A stretch of 62,962 nt of DNA, filler included, from Platydemus manokwari (lineage: Eukaryota), in the NCBI GenBank assembly GCA_037951405.1. It is 5 parts of 5 records of this genome, joined end to end, with 100 filler letters (N's around TTAATTAATTAA, not from the genome) between each part and the next. Parts side by side here need not be neighbours in the genome. Positions count along the whole stretch, not along the records: positions 32,666 to 43,365 come from JBBMOY011112220.1; positions 43,466 to 53,542 come from JBBMOY011171656.1; 3 more parts are not named here. One strand, written 5' to 3'. Positions 37,429 through 51,950 of this stretch are shown piece after piece (position 1 is the first letter of the stretch; the number at the start of each line of letters is the position of its first letter). A program made the position numbers and the translations under genes. Under the pieces are notes generated by a model. That model searched no databases, was not told where the DNA came from, and saw nothing but the letters and a program-made list of their open reading frames with translations.

Positions 37429-38118
37429 TTGTACTCGGACTGGGTTGAAATTGACCCTGATCATTCCTTTTTGGTTTTTGTTTTTAACGAAATCTTATTT
37501 TCATTTAAAATTCATAAGCAATGGAAGACTTTACGTACCAATCTCATTCTTAAATCGCTGAAGGATGAACTTTCCCATATTGTCTCTTCTTGGCGTCCAA
37601 TTGCTTTGATGGACACCGTTTATCATGTTTTTGCTTCAGTTATGAACAATAGGCTCTTGCATTGGATTTCCGTGGGTAGTCTCATTTCTCCTTTTCAAAA
37701 AGCGCTCTTGGACGAAGATGGCTGCGCTGAACACAATCTCTACTTGACTGCCATTAAGGAGAGATTCTCTCTTAATCATTACATTTCCCATGTTTGTTTT
37801 CTGGACCTGAGGGAGGCCTTTCCTAGTCTCCCACATGACTTTATTTGGTACACTCTTTCGAAGATGGGCCTTTCTAATGAAACATTTCCCGTCATTATGA
37901 ACCTCTATTCAAATTGTTCCACCACTTATATTTGTTTGGATAGTGCTTCCAACCCCATTCCTCTTGTCAAAGGAGTCAAACAGGGCTGTCCCTTGTCGAT
38001 GACTCTCTTTTGTCTAAGTATTGACTTCATTCTCTTTGATCTCTCGAAGTTTGAGAAGGGAGTCTGTTTTTCCGGTGTTAATTTAAACGTGCTTGCCTAC
38101 GCTGATGACCTTGTTTAA
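37429..38118 (+). pseudogene. Reverse transcriptase domain of the NeSL-like element, premature stop after YADD
   Basis: Canonical non-LTR RT motifs ending LAYADDLV*. Confidence 0.95.
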
Positions 38119-41100
38119 TTGGCCAACTCTACTGAAAATATCTTTCCTCAATTGACTTGGTGTGTTGAACTTGAGGCCAAGGTACCCTTCTCCTTCAATC
38201 CGTCGAAAAGCGACTATCACGTTTCCAATCCCATCTAACGGGTTGATCTCTGCATCTATGATCTCCCAGTCCCGATAGTGGATGCTATCAGTCTGTATAA
38301 TTAATTAGTTCCTTTTGGTGCCCCGAATAGGCATGACATCTCCGAAATCTTGTCCAGGACGGCATCTGACTTTGAATTGATCTCTTGTAGCGATCTTCAC
38401 CCCTCTCAGAAAATCCTTGCGTTTAAAACCTTCATTTACTCTAGGCTTCCTTTTTATTTTCGAAATCTCATAGTTCTTGCTCTTTCCTCTCCACATTGTG
38501 TGCAACCGGCTGGCTGCTTTTCTGAACTTGGCTTTGAGGAGAAGGTCCAATTTGTAATTAAATCCATAGTTGATTTAGGGAAACTTCAGTCCTTCAACAA
38601 CTCTTTAATTTATGCTACATCGAAACTAGGGGGTCTGGGCATCGTACCTCCAGGTGATGATTATTGTGTCCAAAACATTGTTGTTGCCTTCCGTTTTTTC
38701 ACCAGTTCTGATCTGGTTTTTAGAGCTTTTGTAATTAAGGAATTGTTACATATATGTAATTATAGGTTTGCCCAATTGCATTCAGACGACTTAACACAGA
38801 CGTTGTCGTGGCTGAGCGCCACGGCCAACCCAAAATTCCACCCAGCTGCCATATGGTGGTCTAAGGTTAGGAAGTTCATTCGGGATCTGAGATCCAAGGG
38901 TATAAATTGAGTTTTCTCTTCTATTGATTGTGAAATCTTTCTCAAAGTTAACCTTGTAGGCACTAGGCTAAATCTCTAGACTTGAATTGTAGGCGTTGCT
39001 ATACCCATTTTGAGACCGCTGCTCACATTCTGAATCACTGCCGGCCACTCGCAAACATAACATCTTGCTTGACATCCAGGGGGCTCCTTTCTTCGAAATT
39101 TAGGTTTTGATTGCCGTCCCGTATGTATTGACTTACCCTGCGTCCTGACCTTATCATCCGGGACAATAACAAACGTACCACCTTTGTCCTTGACTTGAAG
39201 GTTTCTTTCAATTCGGAACTTAACTTCCAGCGTAATAGGACGGAAAATTATGCAATTATGGCTCCTTTGGCGAACTGATAGGTAAAAAAAATAGCCATAA
39301 AGTGTTCATCAATGCCATCAACATTGGGTGTCTTGGTAGTTGAGACTCCACGAATGATATAGTGCTCCTGAAGGTTGGTTTAGATAAGCATTCTCTCCGC
39401 ACTCTGGCCACTCTACTAACTACCACTGTGGTCAAAGTATCTTTTCATATCTACCTTTCCCATATCACCGGGACCCCACGAGATTCGCTTGTCAAATTTA
39501 TCTCCTGGTCCCCACTTTCTGTAAGGAATTGTTTTCCAGTGACTAGGCTCTTGCATGATTATCTAGCCTTGACTTTATTAATTTATTATTATCACTATCA
39601 CCAACTAATCACTTTTTTTTATTAATCTATTTTTGTTCGATATTATATTTTTCCTTTTTCTTCTTCATCTATTCATACCACTGCGTCTGTAATTATTTAT
39701 ACTGGTAGTTTTTCACAATTTAATTTTATACTAGGATATATAACTCTCCATGTAGATATTTACACTTTGCGTTTTGATAGTATATATTATACCCATTTTT
39801 ACTATACTCAGTATTTTTAATATAATATTGTTTTCCTTTATAATAGTTATTATTACAACAATTATATCGCCTTAATAATTATTCTGATTATTATATATCA
39901 TCTCTTGTTATCACAGTTTCCTACTCTAATTAAGATTAACAACTCATACCATTAAAGCCTCTCATCATCATTCATTTTTATCACAACATTTTTCACAACT
40001 TTTTTTATTTCTCCATATATTATTTGGTTCCCTTCTTATGCTTTCTTTTCATCTTGGCTCTCCCTTTTTAACTTTCTTCAAATCTCTTGTCATTGTTTTC
40101 TTTTTTCTTTTTTTAATTTCTTCTATTTAATTATCTATTTATTCTCCATGGTTATATGAAATTCTCTTCATATTCCACATTTTATTTATCTTCTGTCTTC
40201 TATGTATCTTTAGTAAATGTGAAAAAATAATTATATGGATAATAATAATAATATAAATAATAATAGAGGGGCTCCTTTACCTTTACGTGGTTTGAGTATT
40301 AAGACTTGGCCATATTACAATGTTCGTGGGTGTGTTATGGCAAGGATCTCGACATTTGACCCGAGACCAAGATATCTAACTGACCAATCCAATACCAACT
40401 CAATCTTATTAGCTTCTGAAAAATATTTGAAAAAATTGTTAATTTTATCTATCCGCATTAAAATTTATTATCTGTGTCTATCTTAATAATCATATATAAT
40501 TTATAATAAAATTTAATAAAATGAATACAACACCTTCGATATATATGTGCCAAAACAGTAGAGAGATCATTAAAGAAATATATTTATTGTAGAAAATATA
40601 ATAATAATTTAATTATATTAATAATATTTATAATAATTGAGGTGAACATTTTAAAATGTGCTTTCAAAATGAAACTATTTAAGATTATAATAATCACCAT
40701 TAAAAATAATGTCTTTTATAATTACATGCATTTTAATTTTCAGAAAACCAAACACAAACAAAACAGATGATAGATCGTTTATACGATAAATCACCTTTAT
40801 TCAAAAAATAGAAAATCAGGCCAATAAAATGGTTCACCATAATTGAAGCCATAGATTTTGGACAAAATGCTGAAACTATGACAACGCGAACAATAGACAA
40901 CAAATAGGAATGAAACCTCTGAGAGTTAAAACATAAAATTTCACAATTGGAATCTGATCTCGTGGTGTTGGAAATAATAGAATTTTTGAGAGTGAAAAAT
41001 TGTAATTTTCATTATGAATTCGAATTTTGGATGTGAATTTTGATGATTATCATTGAAAATAATATATAAATAATAGTTCAACATATTTCGATGTTCGAAT

Positions 41101-41409
41101 TTAGTGTAATCGTATTATAAAATCTATCCATTAAAATAGTGCCATGCCTTACGTTCTTGATAAGATAGCCTTCTGTTGTTTTTAAATATCTGTTTGGGAT
41201 AATTTATCTGTAAATAATTACTGATGTCTATTGGATTTGCTGTTATACTTCTGAATAAGTAATTTTCGATAAAATTTGTTGTTAATTTTTCACTTAGATA
41301 AATAGATTATAAAATTAAAAGAAATATGATAGTGAGACTCGTAATAAAAAATTTATTTTAAATTCTAATTTGAAACGGGCTTACGCTGTTCAAAAATGGA
41401 ATCATACAG

Positions 41410-41446
41410 ATAATAATAATAATAATAACAACAATAATAATAATAA
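41410..41446. repeat. Interrupted (TAA)n microsatellite
   Basis: TAA repeats with two CAA interruptions. Confidence 0.9.
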
Positions 41447-43365
41447 CTGTGAGATATTTGATATTAAATGAATTTCAATTTCATTCGAAACAATTTTAAT
41501 TTACAATTATTCAAATTTTATTCAAATTTTAATGAGATTTAATTTAATTTTATAAAAAATTAAATTAATGTAAAATTGAAAATATTTGTTTAAATATTTG
41601 GATTTAAAATAGATTGGATTGTGTCTTGACTTTTTTGGTTTGATTTTAGTTTGCAGTTTTTAAAATAGTAGTAGATTATTATTAATTGATTTTTTCCAAG
41701 TTGTAATCATAAATGTAGTGTTATTTCTTCAATATTTTAAAATTAGCTACAAACTAATTTAATATTTCAATTTTAATTGAAAGTCGCATTCTTTTAGCAG
41801 TTAATTTCGTTTATTTATAATTTTAATTTATTAATATTTACAAGTAATAGATTATTTAAATTATCTAAATTTTATTAATTTAATTACCTAACTTGACTCC
41901 TATTCTAATTTTGGAGCACACTGAGCATACACAAATAAGGTTTTTTTTATTAAGATATGTTTTAATTATACTATATATCAAATATCAATATTACAAAGAC
42001 ACATTTACCGATATAGTCAATTAATAAAATGAGGACCAAGTTCCGATAGCTATTATGTATAATATTACATCGCAACACAATAAATTTACTAATTAGCGCA
42101 CTAATAATATATCATTTTACAGTTACAAATTACTCTATTCCCTTTCAACCACATGTGTTTCAGGGCTAACTACGTTACTAACAAACATAATATTTCTAGT
42201 AACTTCTAGTTGAATGGTGAAAATAAAGAGTTATATCGCTATTAATATGCTTATTTTGACCACGTATATCCCTACTGTTCAAACTTATCACAGTATGAAC
42301 GTGCGAATTATTTAATTCAGTTTTTCATAAATTTTTTAATATATTTTTAGTTGTAAATTTTTATTATAATTTTATTATAATTATTTTATGATTTTGTTAG
42401 TAATAATGAGCAGTCTTTGGCGGTGTATTAAAGTTACATGAAAATTTAGTTCCTTATATATGACTTAATATAAACGATTGAGCGAAGCGAGGAAGAGAAT
42501 ATTATAAAATATTAGCAATATAAGGAATTAAATATTTTTAATATTTAATAACTATTATTTTCGTAATAAGGAAAAGCGAACTCAGAGATGTAGTGAATTT
42601 TATAATATAATAATAATAATAAAATATAAAACTAAACTGAGGGTATGGCTCCAAAGACTGGCCTATACTACTACTTCTTTTGAATTTCATTAAATTAACA
42701 TCTATAAATAATCAACGGAACATATATTAAAATGTCGTTTAATAAGAAATATTTTAAATATTAAAATGCTTATAATAAATATTTTACGTGGTCTAAATCA
42801 AAATGAGTTACAAAATTGTTTAAAATTATTTTACCGAAAAAATTGGAAAAAACCTAAAATTCCGTGTTTCTGCACAAAATATATTTAGAGCGACAGGAAC
42901 AATTAATATCTGAATGTAACATCAACCCATAGATACAAAAATAGATAAAATTTAAATTTTATAATAAAAATTTATTGGGTAACTTCAATATTTTATGGAC
43001 CGATGGCAGATCAAAAACCACGATAATTCTAACTAGCATGATATCGACGAAAATTGAAACAAAATTATAATATTAAGTTTATTGTAAAATGGTTATTTGA
43101 TTAAAACAAATATTAACCAATAAAGTTCTGCCAGATCAAAATACTAAAATTTTTTATAAACAGTCTAATAAATTAGGCATAATTTATTACTATTATTATT
43201 GTTACTATTAAATTATAAATAACTTTAAAATATTTAATCTGTCTGTAACTGTTAGCAAAACTAACCTTCTATTTTCCAGCTTGTATTGATTCTTTGTAAA
43301 GTTTTAAAAACTGAAAATAATAGACAATAATGAGATTATAAACTGTGATTACTCTGATATGACAG

Positions 43366-43465
43366 NNNNNNNNNNNNNNNNNNNNNNNNNNNNNNNNNNN
43401 NNNNNNNNNTTAATTAATTAANNNNNNNNNNNNNNNNNNNNNNNNNNNNNNNNNNNNNNNNNNNN
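43366..43465. other. Artificial scaffolding gap with six-frame stop linker
   Basis: 44 N + TTAATTAATTAA + 44 N. Confidence 0.97.
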
Positions 43466-44280
43466 ACGACATTATATGCAAGCAATACTCCCAGCGACAT
43501 CTTTTATCAAATCGAAATTTTAAGGTTATACACCCAATATAAACTAGTATCTTCACTAATAAACTGCAAAGAACATTGAATCTAATTTATTAAGTCAAAG
43601 AAATCCGCTAATCATTTTTGATTTGAACATGTATTTGGGTCATGAATTTTTTAAAATATGAAATATAAAAATACTGAATTTTTCAAATAATAATAAAACA
43701 GAAAAATAAAGTCTATTTAACAAACTGAACCGAATTTCTGAGATGTAATTTGGAATTCAACAGAAATTCTAAAAATCAACAATTAGTCTAAATAAAACAT
43801 GCTGAAATGACTTTTGGATAAATTTCCATGAAAACTATAGAAAAAATTAGAGAAATGCATGGACAATGCTTGATAAAAAATGTCATGAAAAATCGATATA
43901 TTGGCCCACTACAAATCAAAATCATTGGCATGAAAAATGAGCCATGTGAAATTTAAATATTAAAAATCGCAAGAATTCTCGTTAGCAATCAATGCTTCAA
44001 AGAATCAAAATTGAGTACTCCGATCAATTCAACTTTTACAAATTGTCATTAACCCATTTCCGTTGTATTTTGAAAACGAAATTGTTATCGAAAGAGATAC
44101 TAATTCTAAGGTTTCGTTGGGAAACCCTAGACCGACTAGTGAGGATAGAGAAGAGAAAATTCACATCACCATCATATCATATGGTGTATGGAAGAAGAAG
44201 ATTTGGACGTTTAGGGGTCAGTTGAGAATTGCTAATACTGCTCTCAAATCCCAATAATCGAACATTTGTGAACATTTAAT
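43466..44280 (+). mobile_element. Decayed Gypsy-like pol (RNase H/integrase) fragments
   Basis: Remnants resembling F.V.TDH, KTIEKI..YW and a terminal GPF-like motif, in order. Very degraded. Confidence 0.3.
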
Positions 44281-45829
44281 TGATTGTGAATATTCTTGAC
44301 AATTGACTCCTTATTGATTATCAATCTTTTGATTATGATTTATATGCTACTTGTAAAAATTGATTTTTTACATAATTTTTGTAAATTGTATGCAAAAATA
44401 TATATTATTTATAAAAAGTTAGCTAAAATAATCTTAATCAAATAAAATAAGTATGAATAAAAAGAAAATTTAAATAATAATTTTAAAAGCTGACAAATTA
44501 TATAATAGAATTTTTAAGGTCAATAAAATTTAACAAAAATTTAAGTTTAAGACCTTTTAAAATAATAAATAATCAAGATCAAAGTAAATAAAATGATGAA
44601 AAATTGTGAAAGTGATGGAAAATCCTGGGTACAATTATATAAGCTGATATATTTTTATCACAACTTACTCTTAACAATTTTTCGAAAGTAACTTGTAAAG
44701 TCCCGGATAGGAAAATTGTAATTTGCGATTTGAAGATAGTCATCAAAACAAAAACTAGAAACAAGATCGATATTATCCAAAGAATGTCAAAGGATCTGTT
44801 AGATCTCATGAAGCATACGAAAACAAAGACAAGGTGGCTATAAAAGCTGACTGTCTCTAAAAAATTGCACAAAAAATTAACAGGATAAAGCAGCCACCAG
44901 TTTTCCACAATGGTCAATACATTGAATGATCGGAAGGTAAATCACCCCCGTTTATTATCCATGTGATAATCCACAGTGCGCTATTCTATCATCATTCGAT
45001 GAAATTTTCGAGTATTCCACAATGAAAATTATATTCCTCTGCACAGTAATATCAAATCAATTGGACCTTTGTCATTCCAGCATTTATTTATAGAGATTCA
45101 CATATTCGTGATACACAGAATAAGTATTATAATTTACCTTTGTTAATCAAACAAATTTATCATAGATTATCGTGCATTAATTAAGATGACATTATTTGAG
45201 GTTAAAGCTCACTCTAATACCGCATGTCTTCTTTTTTTTAATTAAAAAGTAGCTAGTGCTCGGTTATTAATCGACATCGATGGTGTTTTCTGAACATATA
45301 AGCATCAAAATAACTTTTAATTTATTTGTATAATTGAGTGATTTAAAAATAATGAATTTATTATTAATTTTATCTCTTATTTGCTTTGATTTTATTATAT
45401 AATTTGGTAGTGGACCAATCACTAATAATTGTATCAGTTAATGAACATTGAACTTATCCGTGTATTCTGAGTATACATTAATCCTATGGAGACATGCATA
45501 TTTAAATTTTTCATTACTCTATTCATATTGTACAATTTTGTGGCCTTGTTCACAATAATTATGAAGGCAATAATAATACGTCATTAGTAAATTTCAAGGT
45601 TAGGGTCCTAGCAAACTTTAACAAGTAACCTAATTCAATATTTAACATAATTTAATTTATTGTAATTAATTATAATTAACATATAATAATTGTTAAATTT
45701 TAATAACAGTATAACAAAATGTATAAAATAATTATGTATCAATGAGCAAGAGTTGGTAAAATGAACAGATCACTTATTTTAAGTTTTTTGCTAAACAAGA
45801 AAGATTTATCGATAAACTATTCATATGAT

Positions 45830-46250
45830 TTTGAAATATTTTACGAAAAGTAAAAAAGATTAGACAGCATCGGTAAAAATTACTCTCAACGTCATTTTTC
45901 AATATAAGATCAACAAAAAACTTATTATTACTTCTCTGCGGAACATTTTTTTGAAGTAACAGCTTTCATCCAATTGACAGATTCAACATTTATAGTTGGA
46001 ACTATATCTTGTCTTCCTCGATAAAACTTTCGATGAGAAACGATAGCACAAGAGCTAGCAAATGATCGATCCATCTCCCAGCATGTTAACAAAATCAATA
46101 AATGTATTGTAACACATGGATCCAATTTCCATGATTTTGCCAGTTTTAAGTTAAACCTAAAAAGTGTACCTGAAAATTGTGAATTGAAATTTCGTAAATT
46201 ATTTAAACTTGATTCCGGAGAAATTAAGTTTATAAATAATTTGAAAAGAT
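45830..46250 (+). mobile_element. Possible decayed APE-endonuclease LINE fragment
   Basis: The plus frame reads FEVTAFIQLTDSTFIVGTISCLP...NKCIVTHGSNF, resembling IVG.IYRPP...I.GDFN. The listed minus-strand ORF is probably its antisense shadow. Confidence 0.3.
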
Positions 46251-47499
46251 GACAATACAATCGGTTGTGAGGATTTTAAAATCAATTATATTTGTAAATT
46301 TATTTAAATAATTTTAGTCTAAATAATGCGCTTCGGGCTTGTAATTTTGAAATTCTTATATTAATCAGTCTCAAAAATGTTATTATGATTTTGCTGAAGG
46401 ATCATTGCTGTCTTGATCAGTCTTTGGCGAGTTCTAATCAAGCCCAAAGTCCACTTAAACTTTATATTATTTTCTTTTTTCAACTCGCAATCAAATCTAT
46501 ATGAAGATAGAAATGATTGGCAACAATGATCCAAAAGCGGTATTTTAACCTTATCAGTCTCAATAATATTAACTTTAAAATATCAATTATCAATTCCAAC
46601 ACGTTTGGCTAAATAAAGGTTTATTGATACAATAACAAAATTACAATTTGCGATACTTTTATACAACAATATAAAAATTTGGATGACGGCTAAACCTAAC
46701 AATTCCAGATAACAGCGGTTAATACAGCCTGCTCTTGGCGTAAAACCAGTAACCAAAGGTATTTGAGTAAAACTCTATAATAGAAGGTTATGCGATACGT
46801 ACTATAGATTGATAATCAGTAAATTACACAAAATCTGACTTACTACTTGAAATGGCAAATTGGCATAAACCCCAACATATTAATTCTATGCAAAATATTA
46901 TTAATCTCTTCTCTCCGTATCACTAAAATCTCCGTCCGTTCACCGGATTACTCATTAATCACTGAGGCGAGATACGAGATATTTTGCTCAACTTTTGTTT
47001 TCGTTTTTTTACTAATTGTTATATTCATTTTCCTAAATAAATATTTTGAAATCCCAAGTTGAGTTATCATTACAGCATATTAATAATTATTAACAAATCT
47101 CAACGATAGCAAGGGTAATTGGTTTAGTGTATTATCGTAAACTTCATATATCGAACTAACTACCAATAGATTTTCAATCTTATATTATTTCAGGCCCAGA
47201 GAGACAACGCATTCTCTGTGCCATAATCTGAAAAATCAATACATTAAATTTATTTTACAACAGCTTGGTCTTCAATACCAGTTGTTGAAGCCCCTTTAGG
47301 ACCAGTTAACTTATATTAAATAGCGCTCAATAACGGTTTATCACAAACCACCAAACGAAAGCTAAAATATCAAATAATAAAAACAACACACAAACCCAAT
47401 TTCATTTAATAAATGTCCTGATTCCGCGCGTATTCATTATTAGCATTCTATTTCGAGCTATCCTGAAATTGCGTTAAAATTCTATTTAATTCGGACCAT

Positions 47500-48200
47500 T
47501 TTACATTCAAATCCTGACTCTTTTCATTCTCCTTAGTCACTCATAGACTCGACTTTGGCAGCGGGCTCAATCGCTCCAGTTCCGCAAATGTAACAGCATT
47601 CACTGCAAGGAAACTCATCCAACAGCAAGCATTTGTAGGGAAGCCAATCCCACAAGTTAATTCCAGTCAACGCGCTTTTAATAGTAAATCTTTCAATGTT
47701 GAACATTCCGCTATTGCCAGCGTACTCATAAATGCACCATTATGTCCCCTTTTAAACAAATCCATTATTATCCTCACTCTTCCATCTTTTTTGATTAATG
47801 TGCCATCATATGCATTTCCGGTCAACTTAGCTAACTCCATTGCATATTCCTGCGCCCCGTCACCTGAGCGCTAGTATCCAAAAATTGCATAACATAATAT
47901 TCGTGGAGATTCGAATCCAACATAATTCGCTTTCTTAGCGCCTTAACTATGTCCATAAAAATTACTTCATTTCCCTTGCTGACGCTCTTGCAAGATAAAG
48001 CCCTTTAAATATAGCGGCAACCGCATTGTTTTATTTCTATTATTCCATCCATGAGCTGTCGCAATGCACTCAAACTTATCAAGGAAATCATAGAACAAAT
48101 TTTGTCCACCTTCAAATGGAGTTATAGGCAAATAAATTAATTTTTCGAACTCATTGTTCGCCATATTACTATTAACATTATTCCCCTTATTCATAGGTTC
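47500..48200 (-). mobile_element. Gypsy-type gag relic
   Basis: PFEGGQNLFYDFLDKFECIATAHGWNNRNKTMRLPLYLKG is a typical capsid N-terminus. A degenerate zinc knuckle CYICGTG lies near 47590. Confidence 0.7.
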
Positions 48201-49629
48201 ATTTTGCTTTATGGTTTCTTCTAAATTCAGATTACTATTTTTTCTTAAAAATTTGAATTACAAATTTCCAGATTGTATCGTTCATTCGCTTGTATAGCTA
48301 CTCATTTTCAATTTCGTTAAGACTATTTGTTGACTAACTACCTATATTTTCCCTTGCTAATGACTGACTTCTAGATAAACTTGTTATTGTTTGAGTATCT
48401 TGTGACTGCTTCAGTATCTTTACGGTATCACATATAAATGCCTTCTTCCTCGACAATTTGATTTGTAGCAACTTGTTATAAAAAATTTATGAAATACTAT
48501 TTGTGATTACGTAATCGATTAATATTATTATTAAAATACAAATGCAATATGCATTTTTGTTATATAAAACAAATAGTTAATATTTAATAAGCAATGTATT
48601 TGATAAGCAGTCAACTGATTCAATCGATCTAGTTAAAAAGATAATCTATTGATTCAATTAATTTTATTTTATTCAATAAGCAATTTAATGCTGCTTATTT
48701 TCTTTTTAAAAAAAAGTTCATGGCACCACTTTTTATTAAAAATTTTGTTGGCTAGCGGTTGATTTTAAATATTACTGGTTCTTATGATCTTCAGTAACTG
48801 GTATGAGGACCGAGTTACTGGTAAAGTTATGAATTTATATCTGAGCACAGAGATACTGATGTTTCCTTTGAGCCTGAAAATGATGAATAAATAGTGAATC
48901 CTGAACAGGATCGAGTTTATTATAAAGTTAATAAGTAGTACAAATTATTCCTTTTCGACAGGATTTATTACGATTTAAATTAATAAATGAAATAACGAAA
49001 ACCTATAACATAAAATATTTATTAATTACGAAATAAAAGGATAACAATTATTATGAAAAATAACAAAAACATTTTGTCAAAATATCCCGTACTTCGCCTG
49101 AGCGATTAACAAATGAATCCGTAAAACGGACGAAGCAGATGGTTACTATTCAAAATTTGGAGATATTATTTACCGACGAAAATTTTCTCATATACTAATA
49201 AATTTAACTAGTGATTACAATTCAAATTATTAAGAGTAAGCGTTACGTGATAAAATCAAAAATTAGTGAAAAAAATGATTAGTTTAGAATGTATGTTAAG
49301 AAATGTATTTGGGTGGGGTCGATATCCAACCGGTAAAAAATTTATAATTTGTCACGTTTATAAAAATCAGATTATATCATAATATTATAAGATATTAACT
49401 GTGTTACCTTATTTTATTCTTCATCAATTACATAAATGTGTATGATAAATTCTAATATTTTTTAACAAAGATCAAATTACTGTGTATCAAACATTAATTA
49501 TCAATATGCGCGAATCCAAAACAATTAAGAATATCTACATCAAAAACGGATTCAAATGAAATTACCAACCTATATTAATTTCTTGAAGAATATAATTGAT
49601 TCAGATTTTACCTAAAAAATATGAATACA

Positions 49630-50130
49630 CAAGACGGAGCGTGTAAAATTACTAATCCACATGATTATTTCTTGTATACTCGGTTTTAAAGTTTCCATTT
49701 CTCATCATTCTCGTTTCAATATACTCTAAGATTGTCCTTTAATCTGTCATTTCAGCAGATATCATTATTTGATCAACGCCACTCACTTTAAGAAAATTCT
49801 TCATATCATTGGCACGATGAGTGCTGGCTGAATCCCAAAACTTCTTATATTGCCTCTCAAAACTATTGGCAACATTATATCAATTCATTTTCTATTCGCT
49901 GAATGGGTACTTCATGTCTTTTCTGTTTTCAGAATGTACACACTAAACAACTGCTTAATTTTATTTTTCTTTTATTTAATGTCACAGGGTCAGTTCCATC
50001 CAAACGAAGTGCAAGGATACATGTAATCCACTGGCTTTCATAACCTATTGATGATGACATTGATGATGCCTCGTGAATGTCTCCGAATCTTATTCCGTAA
50101 GTACAGCTTTCCATACCAATTATATATGAC
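49630..50130 (-). mobile_element. pogo-type (DDE_1) transposase relic
   Basis: SIGYESQWITCILALRLDGT followed by FWDSASTHRANDMKNFL..VDQIMISAEMT. These match pogo T..L...DG and WDS...H...IP.G.T motifs. Confidence 0.75.
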
Positions 50131-50499
50131 AATTTGTATTTCTGAAAATCAATATTATTAACAAATAAACCATGTCATGTAACAATTATATATTTTAAAC
50201 TATCCTATGTGTATATATATGCCATTTGTTGTCCATCTCAACTATTATATTGACTAATTGTCCAAGTAAGTTAGACCATTAGTGAAAAATAATAAATACT
50301 TCTAGTGAGTTTTATCTCACAAAAACCTCTTACGGGTATTGGTTTAGCTTCCCTAGTTGAAGTTTGCAACCGTTCTTATTTTCCAGAATTGTAGGGTCAT
50401 CGTTTAAGTGTATTTTATTTGTCGTATATTGTAGTTTAACGTAGCAAATTTTGCAATTTTTATATTTGTTGTTAATTTGTAAAAACAATAAACATTAAA

Positions 50500-50640
50500 G
50501 TAATTCAGTATTGTGACCGATAAGAAAATTGCAACCTCGAAACACTTCAACCAAACGTGTTTTGTATGATGACTTCCTTTTTATTTTTAAAATAGCAATT
50601 TCCTTTTGAGTCTTGATTCGACACTGCATAGCAGATAAAT
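50500..50640 (-). mobile_element. Possible piggyBac C-terminal Cys-rich domain remnant
   Basis: CYAVSNQDSKG... and ..WLKCF remnants only. Confidence 0.25.
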
Positions 50641-50699
50641 ATAAGATATAAGACTACACAAACGTTTGGCACTATGAAAAAAGTAAACACAAGCTCATA

Positions 50700-51950
50700 A
50701 TTCATACAGAGCAAGTAGATTTAGAACCCATATTAACAATGCAAAGAAACACTGAAACAAAAAGTGACGTTAAATAACCCCATTAACAGAAAAAAACCTT
50801 TAAGTAAAATTACCGTGAACATGGTGGTTGTAGGAACAGTTATCTCCCCTTTAACTATCATAATGGTGATGATCACAGGTTATAGCTTGTACTACAAATA
50901 TTAAAAAGTTAACCCCGTGTATGGAAATTAAATTATAGCAATTAAAGGAAAAAATGAATTAGTACATAAATAATTATTTTAAAAACTTTACTTTAATTAT
51001 GATGTTAAATAACACTTGCTATGATATTTAATGAATCTAATTTTTGTAAATATGAACTGGAAACAAATAAACTTTTTATTTACGATATATACAAAATATG
51101 ATAGATACCGAAGGGAAATAAATTATAGGATGTTTATTAATGCAAATAAATTATTTTGTATAATTAAAAAATTCAGAGCAAAATAATTATAGGAAAGATC
51201 GATTTAACCAATTAGAATATTACACCCAAAAATCCCATCCAATGATAAACCTTATAAAGAAACAACCAATAAAAATCAAGCCCAGAAAATGTATAAAAGC
51301 GAATCGAAATCTTGTAATGTTAAAATCTTTCAATCAACGAACGGACAAGTAATTAACGTTTATTTTTATATGATTTTATTTATCCCAGAGTAATATAGCC
51401 ATTTATCACTATCATTCGATTTTTTCCATGAAGGTTTACAAAGGGATAGTCAGAAAAGAGAACGTCGTTTAAGATATGGAGGATATTTAAGATAACCGAT
51501 TTGCCCAATAAGTTGAAGACATCATCCCTACAGCGAACAACAGTAGTTGTTCATTAACAAGAACAGGGACATGGTTACCATTTAAAATTAAACAATACAA
51601 TAGGAATATTATCAAAATATAATCAATATATATGATATATTACAACAAAATCAATATAATCAAAAATAACTTGTATATAAACAATAAGCTTGAAAATATA
51701 ATCAAAATATTATTAAATGTAATAACATTTTTTCATTGCTGCAATTAATTGACAAGAAATCAATCTTTAAACAATTATTAAACTTGTTGCCTGGAAACCA
51801 AAGTGACTCCTTTAGAGCTAGGTAATGCTTTTTGATTAAACATTTTCCTTCTCTAGACGGCGATCAAGACAGCAAATTGAAATCTATCCGATTAAAACAG
51901 TACTTGAAAACATGAGCCAAATCGAACCAGGTACATATTTGATGGCCTAC
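50700..51950 (+). mobile_element. Heavily decayed Gypsy-like gag-pol fragments
   Basis: Weak remnants (P..DKPY; W...Q..SF; FL.LD) in pol order, A-rich. Confidence 0.2.

Larger units (their letters stand above)
34000..39560 (+). mobile_element. Near full-length, inactivated NeSL-clade non-LTR retrotransposon (low-complexity leader, Cys-rich region, Ulp1-like protease, RT, CCHC, RLE)
   Basis: Protease HLILY..LLDP..PKQ....CG. RT motifs WRPIAL, FQKA..DGCAEHN, FLDLREAFPSLPH, GVKQGCPLS and LAYADDL. Thumb motif KLGGLG. CRRCYTHFETAAHILNHC, then LRPDLII..VLDLKVSF..IGCLGS. Many stops and frameshifts. The element ends are approximate. Confidence 0.92.

Noticed and set aside
40266-40300. ACC-TTTACGT-GGT as an HDV-like P3/L3
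   Set aside because: No compatible P1, P2 or P1.1 arrangement.
42478-42495. GAGCGAAGCGAG, a Helentron-like terminal motif
   Set aside because: No partner inverted repeat or other terminus identified.
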